Positions 1 through 8,970 of a DNA stretch of 64,000 nucleotides are shown piece by piece. The position numbers and the translations under genes are program-made. Location: positions 6,928 through 70,927 of the IMG/VR virus record IMGVR_UViG_3300044825_003153; one strand, 5' to 3'. Below the pieces are notes generated by a model that was given only the letters and a program-made list of their open reading frames with translations, was not told the origin of the DNA and made no database searches. The DNA comes from a virus. Numbering within the stretch: position 1 is the stretch's first letter; each line of letters opens with the position of its first letter.

Positions 1-613
1 TGTGCGCGCCGAAAGCACGGGCGTCGAACTCGAGCCTTCCGCCCAGCTCGACCCAACGATCCAGCCTGGGATCGGGCTCGGCCAGCATTTCGACCAGTTG
101 GATCACCGGCTCGGCGGCGGTGAAGTCCTCGCGGGTGAAGCGGCGACGCGGCGGCGGCGGCGGGTTATCGCCCAGCATGTCGCCCTGGTCGGGCACGCCC
201 ATCTGCGGCTGCCGCTCACCGAGGTAGGGCGCGCTGTCGGCTACCCAGAGCTGACAGTTGAGCCCGACGGCCATGCCGAGCTGGGTCAGCGAATCCAGGG
301 TCCGCGGCACCTTGAGGTGGACCTTGATCCCCTCCTTGACGTCGACCTTCTCGACCGCGGCCTCGATCGTGCGCTTGCCGTCGGTGGCGATGATGTTCAC
401 CGCTCGGACCACAAGCTGCCGGGCCCGCGCGGTGATCCGGTCGATCAGGGCCTGCTGCTCGTCGTAGCGCAGCTTGTGGAACGGCTGCCCGTCACGGGCC
501 GCCTTGATCTCGGCGAGCACGAGATCACGGATGTCGCCCGACATGGTGTCGCGGGCGAGGAGGATCCCGGCCGGAACGTCCGGTTCGGGGTTCGGTTGCT
601 GGTCGGTGCTCAA
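1..613 (-). CDS. Conserved proteobacterial phage protein, runs off the window edge (family often carries a C-terminal FtsK-gamma domain)
   Basis: Not in the ORF track. Manual translation from TTG at 613 (GGAGA RBS at 619-623) gives LSTDQQPNPE...RDTMSGDIRDLVLAEIK...AVNIIATDGKRTIEAAVEKVDVKEGIK, open to base 1. Confidence 0.7.
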   Translation of the reverse strand, partial: MSTDQQPNPEPDVPAGILLARDTMSGDIRDLVLAEIKAARDGQPFHKLRYDEQQALIDRITARARQLVVRAVNIIATDGKRTIEAAVEKVDVKEGIKVHLKVPRTLDSLTQLGMAVGLNCQLWVADSAPYLGERQPQMGVPDQGDMLGDNPPPPPRRRFTREDFTAAEPVIQLVEMLAEPDPRLDRWVELGGRLEFDARAFGAH

Positions 614-716
614 AGGTGTCTCCGCAAAAAGATGGGTCGGCAGCGGTTGCCGCCGACCCAGGTCCCATGGAGGAAATGACCGACGGGCTTGCCCAACCCG
701 CCGGGTGTCCGGGGCC

Positions 717-1100
717 TCATGCTCCCCGTCCACGCGGAAGCCGCCGGGTCCGGCGGCGGTTTCCGACTAGACAGGCGCTCGTCGGCTCTTGACCCTGGAA
801 GTTAACGCCCATAGCCTCCGCAAGCTGGGCAAGCGTTTGCCCGCCGCCAGCAAGTGCAATGACATCCTCAACGCGGAGCTTGATTTGCTGATCGAGACAC
901 ATAACCGCAAAGTGTGCCAGCCATTGCCTTGGGATCGCCCCCTGTTCCTTCCAGTTATGAACGAGACGCGCCGATGCTATTTCCCGTCTACTTACCTTTT
1001 GATCGCCGCAACGACTGGTCTTTTCCACCATGTCGTTGATGCGACGGGCGGTAGCCGTTGGGCCCCCAAAGCGCTCGATCAGGTCCTGGGCTGTCAGCAT
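717..1100 (-). CDS. Cro-like HTH regulator
   Basis: MLTAQDLIERFGGPTATARRIN...VHNWKEQGAIP has a Cro/CII-like HTH pattern. Divergent from an XRE repressor. Confidence 0.7.
   Translation of the reverse strand: MLTAQDLIERFGGPTATARRINDMVEKTSRCGDQKVSRREIASARLVHNWKEQGAIPRQWLAHFAVMCLDQQIKLRVEDVIALAGGGQTLAQLAEAMGVNFQGQEPTSACLVGNRRRTRRLPRGRGA
741..760. terminator. GC hairpin at the end of the cro-like gene
   Basis: GCCGCCGG-GT-CCGGCGGC inverted repeat, no clear U-tract. Confidence 0.3.
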
Positions 1101-1111
1101 GACCGACAGGT

Positions 1112-1128
1112 ATCCGATAAAATCGGAT
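1112..1128. promoter_or_regulatory. Operator O1 (perfect inverted repeat)
   Basis: ATCCGAT-AAA-ATCGGAT between the divergent cro-like and cI-like genes. Confidence 0.7.
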
Positions 1129-1146
1129 GCCGCAAGGCCACCCGTC

Positions 1147-1163
1147 ATCCGAGAAAGTGCGAT
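1147..1163. promoter_or_regulatory. Operator O2 (degenerate)
   Basis: ATCCGAGAAAGTGCGAT, same 17-bp spacing as O1. Confidence 0.5.
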
Positions 1164-1218
1164 TGCCATGGTCGGGACGACGGGCGATTACCCGAATCGA
1201 CCCAGCAGCGAGCAACCG

Positions 1219-1527
1219 ATGCAAGACAGGGCCAGCGACGCGATTCTGCAGGCTGAATTTGGCGCACGGCTGGCGCATGTGCGCGTGGTGCGGGGCTATG
1301 CTTCTCAGGCCGCTCTTGCTCGCGCCCTGGGGATCGCCGCCGGCCGCTACAACGTCTGGGAGAAAGGCGAGGGCCTGCCGCAGACCATCGGTAATCTGCT
1401 CGACCTCTGCCGGACGCTGAGGGTGACCTCGGACTATCTGCTGTTCGGCCTGACCGACGGCCTCAGTCGCCCGGATTACTACGCCCTGGTGTGCGGCGCA
1501 CCATCTGCCCAAGACGATGAGAAGTAA
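1219..1527 (+). CDS. CI-like XRE-family HTH repressor without a peptidase domain
   Basis: FGARLAHVRVVRGYASQAALARALGIAAGRYNVWEKGEGLP...LRVTSDYLLFG is a typical XRE HTH. Confidence 0.85.
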   Translation: MQDRASDAILQAEFGARLAHVRVVRGYASQAALARALGIAAGRYNVWEKGEGLPQTIGNLLDLCRTLRVTSDYLLFGLTDGLSRPDYYALVCGAPSAQDDEK

Positions 1528-1659
1528 CCGGTAAATCGTTTTCCTTACTTGCGCTCACGCTTGGCTGAATGTCGGCACCAAGTGCGGCAGCCGTATTGTT
1601 CTCTTGGCGTCTTGTGCGCTAGATAGCTCCCATCGTGGGGAAGAGAACAAGACAGGCAT

Positions 1660-1896
1660 ATGTTAGCCCAGAGCGCGTATCACACCGATGGCGACGCCGA
1701 CGACCGCGCGATTGACGCGGCCTCCGACCTTGCGCTCGAGAGGGCTCGCAGGTTGCTGGAACAGCCAGCCGGCAATGCCTCCCAGCTGCGGCAGCTGATC
1801 GAGGTCGCGGACGACCTGTTCGGCGGCGATCCGGACAGCCGTTTGCTCCTGCATCGCCTGCTGCGGGCGATGCGGCACGCGGCGGCATCCGAATAA
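1660..1896 (+). CDS. Hypothetical protein
   Basis: 78-aa ORF with genome-typical codon use. Confidence 0.5.
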   Translation: MLAQSAYHTDGDADDRAIDAASDLALERARRLLEQPAGNASQLRQLIEVADDLFGGDPDSRLLLHRLLRAMRHAAASE

Positions 1897-1916
1897 TTTT
1901 GCTTCTCGGTTGAAGC

Positions 1917-1933
1917 ATACGAATTTTTCGGAT
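1917..1933. promoter_or_regulatory. Operator-like site upstream of the recombination operon
   Basis: Reverse complement ATCCGAAAAATTCGTAT matches O1 at 14/17. Confidence 0.55.
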
Positions 1934-1963
1934 ACCCTTTCCTTCCGTTGTGGAGGGAAAGGG

Positions 1964-2824
1964 ATGCCCCCGCTCGTCATCCGCGCCAGCTCGCTGTCGG
2001 CTTATCCCGACTGCAGCCTGAGAACCGCAGCTCATTCGCAGGCCGATCTGTTCGCGGCCAAGGGTGTCACGTTGCACCCGGCCCGGACCAATGTCGGCGC
2101 CCTGATCGGCTCGGGCGTGCACGCCGGCGCCGAGCTCGCTCTCAAGGGTCGGATGAACGGCGAGCGCGTGCCGCAGTCGACCTGCGAGGATGCGGCGATC
2201 GGCGAGTTCCGCGCGCGCCGGGAGAAGGAAGCCGGCGCGGCACGGCTGATCGTCGACGAGACCGCCGGCGATGCGAACGCCTGCGAGCGGCAGGTACGAC
2301 GCATGGTCCACCGCTACCGCCAGGACGTGGTCGAGACCGCCCGGCCGTTGCTGGTCGAGCGCCGCCTTGAGGCCGAAGTCATCGACGGCGTCATCCTGTC
2401 AGGACAGGGCGACCTCCTGCATCTGGACGCCACCGCCACCGGTGACGAGCAGGTTGTCCGCGACCTGAAGTCGACCCGGCGGCACATGGCGCAGCCGATG
2501 ATCCACGCGCCCCAGCTCGGCGGCTACTCCCTGCTGTACCGGTCGCGCGGCTGGACCCCGAACCGGGCCCAGCTCGACGTGCTGCCCAGAGTGCGGCTTG
2601 AGAAGCCGCAGCCGCCGGTGACCACCGCACCGCTCGCGATCGCCGAGACCGAGGAGATCGCCCACGCGGTTGTCCACGACTTTGCCGGGAAGCTGCTCGC
2701 GTTCCGCGAGGACGGCGAGACGTCGCGCTTCCTGGTGAACCCCAGATCCTTCCTGTGCAGCCAGAAGTTCTGCCGGCTCTACGGGAAGGAGGCGTGCCCA
2801 GCAACCAGAGGACTGAAGCTGTGA
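1964..2824 (+). CDS. PD-(D/E)XK nuclease (RecB/Cas4-like phage exonuclease)
   Basis: LSGQGDLL...VRDLKST motif, N-terminal Cys (YPDC) and C-terminal LCSQKFCRLYGKEAC cluster. Directly precedes RecT. Confidence 0.8.
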   Translation: MPPLVIRASSLSAYPDCSLRTAAHSQADLFAAKGVTLHPARTNVGALIGSGVHAGAELALKGRMNGERVPQSTCEDAAIGEFRARREKEAGAARLIVDETAGDANACERQVRRMVHRYRQDVVETARPLLVERRLEAEVIDGVILSGQGDLLHLDATATGDEQVVRDLKSTRRHMAQPMIHAPQLGGYSLLYRSRGWTPNRAQLDVLPRVRLEKPQPPVTTAPLAIAETEEIAHAVVHDFAGKLLAFREDGETSRFLVNPRSFLCSQKFCRLYGKEACPATRGLKL

Positions 2825-3930
2825 ATGACCAGAGGCAGAAGCTCCCGCCGCCGCGCAACGGCAGGGGAGGGGGGCAGGACCGGGGCGAGGACACGCCCTG
2901 GGAGCAGCTGCGCGTCGCGGAGAAGCTCGACCAGCTGGCGGGCTACCTCGACAGCGAGGACTTCAGGCTCCGGCTGACCAAGACGGTTCCGGAGTTCATC
3001 GCCGCGGGCGACCGGTCGATGGCCGCCTATGCCAAGCAGCTCCGCCACGGCGCGCTGATGGCGGCGCAGAACAACCTGCAGCTGCTCGACCCCAAGCTGC
3101 ACTCGATGGTCGGCCTGATCCAGGGCGTCGTCGCCATCGCCCGTCGCGGCCTGACCATCGGCGACAACGTCGCGTGGCTGGTGCCGTACAGGGTCGACGG
3201 CAAGCCGACGGTGCAGGTCCAGCTCGGCTACATGGGTCTCTACACCCTGGCCGGCAAAGCCGGGCTGGTGACCAAGGTCGACGCGCAGGCGATCTTTGCC
3301 AACGACAAGCGTCGCATCCGTCTCGGCACCGAGAACATCGTCGAGCACGACGTCTTTCTCGACGGCCCGCGCGGGGATTTCGTCGGCGCCTACGCCATCA
3401 TCCATGTGCCGGGCGATGTGCCGCCGTTGATCGAATACATGGACAAGGCCACGGTCGACTACATACGGTCGAAGTCCCCGGGCAAGAACAGCCCGGCTTG
3501 GCGGGACTGGTACGACCAGATGGCAATCGCCAAGGTGTTCAAGCGCGGGATGAAGAAAGTCCCGAAGCCGATGCACTGGGACTCCTCGCTGTTCGACGAT
3601 GTCGACGATGCCGGCCTGGTGATCGAGGGCACCGGCGAGGTGATCGACGCCAATCAGGCGCGCCTCACCCACAGCGCCGAACAGCCGATCAACACCGTGC
3701 CCAAGCACCAGGAGCGCGAAGTCGTCCGCACCCGCGAGTTCGAGGACGACGGCGAGGATCCGCCGCGGCAGCAGCAGGACGATCCCGGCCCCGGCGACGA
3801 TGGCGGGCAGCAGGTCTCCGCCGATGCCGGTGGCGGGCAGAACGCCGGCGAGCAGGAGCAGGAGCAGCCGCCGCGCCGCGGCCGCGGCAAGAACGCGCCC
3901 ACCGGCTCGCTGCCCTTCCCGGAGGATTGA
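2821..3930 (+). CDS. recT: RecT-family single-strand annealing protein
   Basis: GLTIGDNVAWLVPY...QLGYMGLYTLA...WRDWYDQMAIAKVFKR motifs, acidic C-terminal tail, GTG start. Confidence 0.85.
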   Translation: MNDQRQKLPPPRNGRGGGQDRGEDTPWEQLRVAEKLDQLAGYLDSEDFRLRLTKTVPEFIAAGDRSMAAYAKQLRHGALMAAQNNLQLLDPKLHSMVGLIQGVVAIARRGLTIGDNVAWLVPYRVDGKPTVQVQLGYMGLYTLAGKAGLVTKVDAQAIFANDKRRIRLGTENIVEHDVFLDGPRGDFVGAYAIIHVPGDVPPLIEYMDKATVDYIRSKSPGKNSPAWRDWYDQMAIAKVFKRGMKKVPKPMHWDSSLFDDVDDAGLVIEGTGEVIDANQARLTHSAEQPINTVPKHQEREVVRTREFEDDGEDPPRQQQDDPGPGDDGGQQVSADAGGGQNAGEQEQEQPPRRGRGKNAPTGSLPFPED

Positions 3931-3933
3931 GCG

Positions 3934-5580
3934 ATGCAGCTCACGATCAAGAACATCCAGGCGATCCAGGCTCTCGACCTCACGCTTGAGGCCGGACCGA
4001 ACGTCCTCGCCGGCTCGAACGAAGCCGGCAAGTCTACCACCTGCCATATCGTGGCCGCGCTGATGGCCCGGGACATGAAGCTGGCCCCGACCAAGGCCGA
4101 GGTCGCGGCCATGATTCGCACTGGCGCCCGATCCGGCATGGCCGCCATCGGCGACGATCAGGGCAGGGTCGGGGCGTCTTGGCCGGATGGCGAGTTGCTG
4201 GTGGAAGGCGACAACCCGCCCATGGCCTCGGCCATCGCCACCGGCCGGACGATGCCGGCGCGCCTGTCGCCCAAGGAGCGCACCGCGTTGCTGGTCGAGG
4301 CGCTGAAGGCGCTGCCAACCCAGGCCGAGTGGATCGCGGCCGCGGAGGCGGCCAGCATCCCGAAGAAGGCGGCCGAAGCGGCATGGCGTCAGATCGATTC
4401 CATCGGCTGGGACAATGCCGCCAAGGCGTTCGCCGACCGGGCCAAGGAAGGGAAGGGGGCTTGGCGCCAGCTGACCAACGTGTCGAGCTACCCGCCCAAG
4501 GGGGCGGAGTCCTGGCAGGCGGGCAACCATGACCTCGAGCTGGTCGATCAGGACCTGGATGCGGTCTCGGCCGAGGTCGATGCCCTGGTCAGGCAGCGCG
4601 ACGACATGCTGCGCGACAGCGGCGTCCTGCAGGCCCGCCGCGTCGATCTGGTCGCCAAGGTTGGCGCTCTCTCGGCACTTCGGGAACGCCGCGAGCAGCT
4701 GACCCGCGAGATCGAAGCGGCCGAGCCCAAGCTCGCCGCCGCCCGGCAGGCGCACGAGCGCAAGGTGATGGGGCATCCCGAGGCGCAGTGCCCGCACTGC
4801 TCGCAGCGGATCGCCATCCATCCCACGGCACCGCTGGCACGCAAGGTCGAAGCCGGTATCACGGTCGACCCAAAGTCCTTCGCGGATTCCAAGACTGCCC
4901 TCGAGCGGCTGGAAGCCGCGTTCAAGGATCTGGTCCGACAGCAGAGCGCCGTCGACGCCCAGATCAAGACGGCCGATGAGGCTGCGAGCGAGCTGGAGAA
5001 GCTGCCGCCGGCGCATCCCTTGGACACCGCGAAGATCGACGCGGAGATCGAGGCCAAGCGCACGCTGCGCGAGGACATCCGGATCACCAAGGAAGCGCGG
5101 CGGCTGCATCTGGAGATCGTGGCTCTCACGGCAGCAGCTGGGCTTGCCGCCGCCACCGGCCTGCGCAAGACCAAGCTCGGCGATCTGGTCGACATGATGA
5201 ACTCGGGCTTCGCCGACCTCTGCGAGGCCACCGGCTGGGGCAAGGTCGAAGTCGATCTCGACCTGCACTTCAGCCTCGGCGGCATCCCCTGGGAGCGCCT
5301 GTCCAGCGGCGCTCGCTGGCGCGTCGACGCGGCGATCGCGCTGTTCTTCGCCGAGCGGGATAGCTCCGATCTGGTCGTGCTCGACGCCGCCGACCTCCTC
5401 GACAAGCGAGGGCGCAACGGCCTGTTGCGGCTCACCCAGCAGTTCGACATCCCGGTCCTGATCGGCATGACGCTGAACCGAAGCGAGGCCCAGCAGCTCG
5501 CCGATGCCAACATCCCGGTGACCTTTCTGGAGGCTGGCATCGGCCGGCCTGTCACCGCGGCAGCCATGGCAGCCGAGTGA
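3934..5580 (+). CDS. Rad50/SbcC-like SMC-family ATPase
   Basis: Walker A GSNEAGKS, coiled coils, CPHC zinc hook, signature LSSG, Walker B LVVLD. Confidence 0.8.
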   Translation: MQLTIKNIQAIQALDLTLEAGPNVLAGSNEAGKSTTCHIVAALMARDMKLAPTKAEVAAMIRTGARSGMAAIGDDQGRVGASWPDGELLVEGDNPPMASAIATGRTMPARLSPKERTALLVEALKALPTQAEWIAAAEAASIPKKAAEAAWRQIDSIGWDNAAKAFADRAKEGKGAWRQLTNVSSYPPKGAESWQAGNHDLELVDQDLDAVSAEVDALVRQRDDMLRDSGVLQARRVDLVAKVGALSALRERREQLTREIEAAEPKLAAARQAHERKVMGHPEAQCPHCSQRIAIHPTAPLARKVEAGITVDPKSFADSKTALERLEAAFKDLVRQQSAVDAQIKTADEAASELEKLPPAHPLDTAKIDAEIEAKRTLREDIRITKEARRLHLEIVALTAAAGLAAATGLRKTKLGDLVDMMNSGFADLCEATGWGKVEVDLDLHFSLGGIPWERLSSGARWRVDAAIALFFAERDSSDLVVLDAADLLDKRGRNGLLRLTQQFDIPVLIGMTLNRSEAQQLADANIPVTFLEAGIGRPVTAAAMAAE

Positions 5581-5822
5581 TGGGCGCCTATCGCCAGCCG
5601 ATGCCGGAAATGGTCCCGATCGGGAGGCGGCTGCGCCAGCTGCGCAAGGCGCGCGGCTGGACCCTGAAGGTCGCCGGCGAGCAGATCGGCTGTTCGCTGC
5701 AGGCCGTGCACCGCATGGAGAAGGGCATCATCGGGCTGTCCATGCAGACCATGCTGCGGCTGTCGGAGATCTACGAGGTCAGCTGCGACCACATCCTGAA
5801 GGGGACCGATCCGTGCAGCTGA
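5577..5822 (+). CDS. XRE-family HTH regulator
   Basis: IGRRLRQLRKARGWTLKVAGEQIGCSLQAVHRMEKG. Confidence 0.85.
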   Translation: MMGAYRQPMPEMVPIGRRLRQLRKARGWTLKVAGEQIGCSLQAVHRMEKGIIGLSMQTMLRLSEIYEVSCDHILKGTDPCS

Positions 5823-6271
5823 AGTACGCGGCCGACACCGACGTCCCGGTTCACCGCTCGCGCACCGAGATCCAGGAGCTGATCCTGCGGTTCGGCGTGA
5901 CCAAGTTCGGCACGATGATGGAGGCCGGCTGCGAGCAGTTCGCCTTCGAGACCAAGGGGCGCCGCTACCGCTTCCGGGTGATCGACCCGCCCAATGATCA
6001 CCCCTACGTCACGCGCACGCCCACCGGCAAGCCGCGGCCGACCTACAACCAGGCCGAGGCCTGGGAGAAGCTGCGCCGCGTCCTGTGGCGCACGCTGGTC
6101 CTGTCGATCAAGGCCCGGCTCGCCGAGGTCGAGCTCGGCATGACGTCCTTCGAGGACGCCTTCCTCGCGGAGACCATCCTGCCCAGCGGCCAGACGGTCG
6201 CCGAGGCGACCAAGGAGACGATCGCGCTCGCCTACCAGGGCCGCGACGTCCCTCTGCTGCCGCCGGCCTGA
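5813..6271 (+). CDS. Conserved phage hypothetical protein
   Basis: YAADTDVPVHRSRTEIQ...WRTLVLSIKARL...FEDAFLAETILPSGQTV, coupled to its neighbours. Confidence 0.7.
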   Translation: MQLKYAADTDVPVHRSRTEIQELILRFGVTKFGTMMEAGCEQFAFETKGRRYRFRVIDPPNDHPYVTRTPTGKPRPTYNQAEAWEKLRRVLWRTLVLSIKARLAEVELGMTSFEDAFLAETILPSGQTVAEATKETIALAYQGRDVPLLPPA

Positions 6272-6297
6272 GCGGCACCACACCAAGGAGACCACCC

Positions 6298-6462
6298 TTG
6301 TCCGCCAACATCTTCGCCAAGATCGGCGTCGGCGCGAGCGTCCTGTTCGGGCTGGCGCTGGTCGGGAAGCTCGCCTGGGGTCTCGGGCTTCTCGCTTGCT
6401 ACGGCCTGTGGAAAGGCCGCGGCCCCATCAAGGCTGTCCTGAAGCAACAGGGAATCATCTGA
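6298..6462 (+). CDS. Small membrane protein
   Basis: TTG start after AAGGAG. Hydrophobic IGVGASVLFGLALVGKLAWGLGLLACYGLW. TGATG overlap with terB. Confidence 0.6.
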   Translation: MSANIFAKIGVGASVLFGLALVGKLAWGLGLLACYGLWKGRGPIKAVLKQQGII

Positions 6463-6902
6463 TGTTCGCAGCACTGAGAAAGCGTCTCACCGACGCGCTG
6501 GACGACAACCTCGGCAGGTACACCGCCGACAAGGACCTGCTCGAGGGCGCCATGGCCGCGTGCGCCATGATGGCCCACGGCGACGGCACGCTCGAGGAGC
6601 AGGAGCGGAAGAAGACCGCCGACTTCGTCCGCCGGCACCCGTCGATGCGCCACTTCGACGGGAGCGAGGCCGGCAGGCTGTTCCTGCAGTTCTGCTCGGA
6701 GTTCGATTTCGACCACGGCATGGGTGTGAGCGCCTGCCTCAAGCAGATCGGGGAGGTGCGCGGGGACGAGAAGCGCACCTTGGTGATGCAGCTCGCCCTC
6801 GCGATCGGCAAGTCGGACGGCGAGTTCGAGCCCGGGGAGAAGCTCGCCGCCCAGAAGATCTGCGACCAGCTCGGCCTCAGCCGGTCCGAGTTCGACCTCT
6901 AA
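6462..6902 (+). CDS. terB: TerB-family (tellurite-resistance-like) protein
   Basis: AMAACAMMAHGDGTLEEQE...LALAIGKSDGEFEPGEK...ICDQLGL, the duplicated A-D-G-x-x-x-x-x-E motifs of TerB. Confidence 0.8.
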   Translation: MFAALRKRLTDALDDNLGRYTADKDLLEGAMAACAMMAHGDGTLEEQERKKTADFVRRHPSMRHFDGSEAGRLFLQFCSEFDFDHGMGVSACLKQIGEVRGDEKRTLVMQLALAIGKSDGEFEPGEKLAAQKICDQLGLSRSEFDL

Positions 6903-6960
6903 GTCGGCGCGCGGGCGGCTCCGGCCGCCCGCCTGCCCCTCCCAGCAACCGGAGACGACC

Positions 6961-7542
6961 ATGTTCCTCCTGTACAAGGCCGCGACCACCGGGCTCCCCG
7001 TGTGGAAGGCGGCCGACGACGACGCCAGCCAGCCCCACATCGTCGAGCTGGTCGCCATGCTGTGCAACAGCACCGGCGACCGCGTCGAGACGCTGTGCCT
7101 GATCGTACGACCCGACGGCTGGGAGATCCCCGCCCAGTCGACGGCGATCCACGGGATCACCGAGGTCGAGGCCAAAGCCTCGCCGATCGACGAACAGACC
7201 GCGCTCGGCCGGTTCCTCGGGATGATGGTGAAGGCGCACACGCGGGTCGGCTGGAACGAGCCGTTCGACAGCCGCATCATCCGGATCGCGCTCGCGCGCT
7301 ACCTGCCGGAGACGGTCGAGGGCTGGGGCCGGCAAACCGCGATCTGCGCCATGCGCCAGACCCTGGACTACCTCGCCGAGACCGACCCGGGAACGTTCCA
7401 CGGCCGCACGCTGAAGCTGCAGGCGGCCTGGGATCACCTGTACCCGTCCGAGCCGCAGGACGTGACCGAGAGCACCCTCGATACCGTCGAGGCCTGCCGG
7501 CGCCTGTTCTTCGCGACAAAGCTCCGGGGAGGGGAGCGGTGA
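6961..7542 (+). CDS. DnaQ/DEDDh-fold exonuclease-like protein with degenerate catalytic motifs
   Basis: TTGLP...QPHIVEL...IHGIT...WNEPFDSRIIRIAL fits the DnaQ fold, but ExoI reads YKAATTG instead of xDxETTG. Confidence 0.75.
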   Translation: MFLLYKAATTGLPVWKAADDDASQPHIVELVAMLCNSTGDRVETLCLIVRPDGWEIPAQSTAIHGITEVEAKASPIDEQTALGRFLGMMVKAHTRVGWNEPFDSRIIRIALARYLPETVEGWGRQTAICAMRQTLDYLAETDPGTFHGRTLKLQAAWDHLYPSEPQDVTESTLDTVEACRRLFFATKLRGGER

Positions 7543-7757
7543 CCCGCTGGATCTACGCCGACGAGACCAAGCCGATCCCGCGGCCCGTCTTCGCCGAGTT
7601 CACCTGCGACGGCGACCACGGCCTGTTCGACCCGTCCAAGCTGACCGTCGAGCTGTTCGTCGCCGGCCGTGACAGCTGGACCCAGGCCACGGCGCACGGG
7701 TGGAGCGTCACCCCCGAGCTGTGCCTGTGCCCGGAGTGCAAGGGCAAGCCGTCATGA
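7539..7757 (+). CDS. Small Cys-containing hypothetical protein
   Basis: GTG start overlapping the upstream stop. CDG...CLCPEC possible Zn ligands. Confidence 0.6.
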   Translation: MTRWIYADETKPIPRPVFAEFTCDGDHGLFDPSKLTVELFVAGRDSWTQATAHGWSVTPELCLCPECKGKPS

Positions 7758-8200
7758 ACCGCGGCATCCTGTTCAGCGCGCCGATGGTGCGCGCGATCCT
7801 CGCCGGCACGAAGACCGAGACGCGCCGGCTCGCTACCTCGCCGCTCGGCAAGCTGACCCTGCCGGCCGAGCTGTGGGTCCGGGAGACGTGGTACCCCACC
7901 GGGCCGGCGCCCGGGGATACCGCCTTCCGGGCGACCAGCGACCCCGAGGCCTGGGAGCCGCCCGACGGGTGGAAGCCAAGCCTCTTCATGCCGGAGTTCC
8001 GCTCAAGGATCCGGCTGAAGGTCACCAGCAACTTCGTCGAGAACCTCCGGGCGATCGAGGACGAGCAGGCCCGGCGAGAAGGCGTCGCCGACCGCGAGGC
8101 CTACCGCGAGCTGTGGGACACGCTCCACCAGAAGCCCGGCACCCGCTGGGCGGACGACCCGATCGTCACCGTCCTGCAGTTCGAGCGCATCCAACCCTGA
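7754..8200 (+). CDS. ASCH/PUA-like phage protein
   Basis: ILFSAPMVRAILAGTKTETRR...LWVRETW...WKPSLFMP, a conserved phage family. Confidence 0.75.
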   Translation: MNRGILFSAPMVRAILAGTKTETRRLATSPLGKLTLPAELWVRETWYPTGPAPGDTAFRATSDPEAWEPPDGWKPSLFMPEFRSRIRLKVTSNFVENLRAIEDEQARREGVADREAYRELWDTLHQKPGTRWADDPIVTVLQFERIQP

Positions 8201-8214
8201 ACCAAGGAGCCATC

Positions 8215-8970
8215 ATGCTGAAGCACCTCCTGGCGGCAGCGCTGCTGCTCGCCGCGGTCCCGGCCAAGGCCGCGACCATCGACGTCCTCGTGACGTTCAC
8301 GCCCGCGGCGCAGACCAAGATGGTGGCCCAGGCCGGATCGGTCACCACCTACGTCGACCGGATGCTGGAGAACGCCAACCGCGCGCTGCTCTACACCGGC
8401 AGCGGGCACCAGCTGCGCGTTGCGACCAGCACCACCGGCGCCGCCGGGCGCAAGCTCTTCTCGGGCTACCTGGAGACGTCGCTCTACGGCGACTTCACCG
8501 TCTTCGTTCAGCCGGGCGACGGGTATCTCGACCAGGTGCACAACTGGCGCAACCAGTTCCGCGGCGACGTGGCGGTGCTGATCGGGGACTATGGGCCCGG
8601 CGAGTTCAACACTGGTATCGCCGAGCGCCAGCCCGTGCAGAACGAAGGCGACGCCTTTCTCGGCTGCGACGTCGACCGCTGCAACCAGGGCGGGGAATGG
8701 GTGTTCGCGCACGAGCTCGGCCACCTCGCCGGCTGCGGCCACGAAAGCCAGACGGCGATCGACACGACGGCCTATGAGATCCCCGGCACGAACATCATCG
8801 ACCTGATGTTCACCTACGGCTACCCAAACAAGACCCGGCTATTGTTCTATGGGACGAACCGGGTGGCGCCGAACTTCTACGGGATGCAGAATGTCCGGAT
8901 CGGCGACGCCAATCACGATTGCGGCGGATCGTGGATCTTCTTCGGCAACGTCATGTCAAACTACCGCTAA
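8215..8970 (+). CDS. Secreted metzincin (reprolysin/M12B-like) zinc metalloprotease
   Basis: Signal peptide MLKHLLAAALLLAAVPAKA, zinc motif HELGHLAGCGH, Met-turn DLMFTY. Confidence 0.8.
   Translation: MLKHLLAAALLLAAVPAKAATIDVLVTFTPAAQTKMVAQAGSVTTYVDRMLENANRALLYTGSGHQLRVATSTTGAAGRKLFSGYLETSLYGDFTVFVQPGDGYLDQVHNWRNQFRGDVAVLIGDYGPGEFNTGIAERQPVQNEGDAFLGCDVDRCNQGGEWVFAHELGHLAGCGHESQTAIDTTAYEIPGTNIIDLMFTYGYPNKTRLLFYGTNRVAPNFYGMQNVRIGDANHDCGGSWIFFGNVMSNYR

Noticed and set aside
596-603. Extra CCAGCAAC copy on the minus strand
   Set aside because: It lies inside the coding sequence (D-Q-Q-P), downstream of the start codon, and is likely chance.
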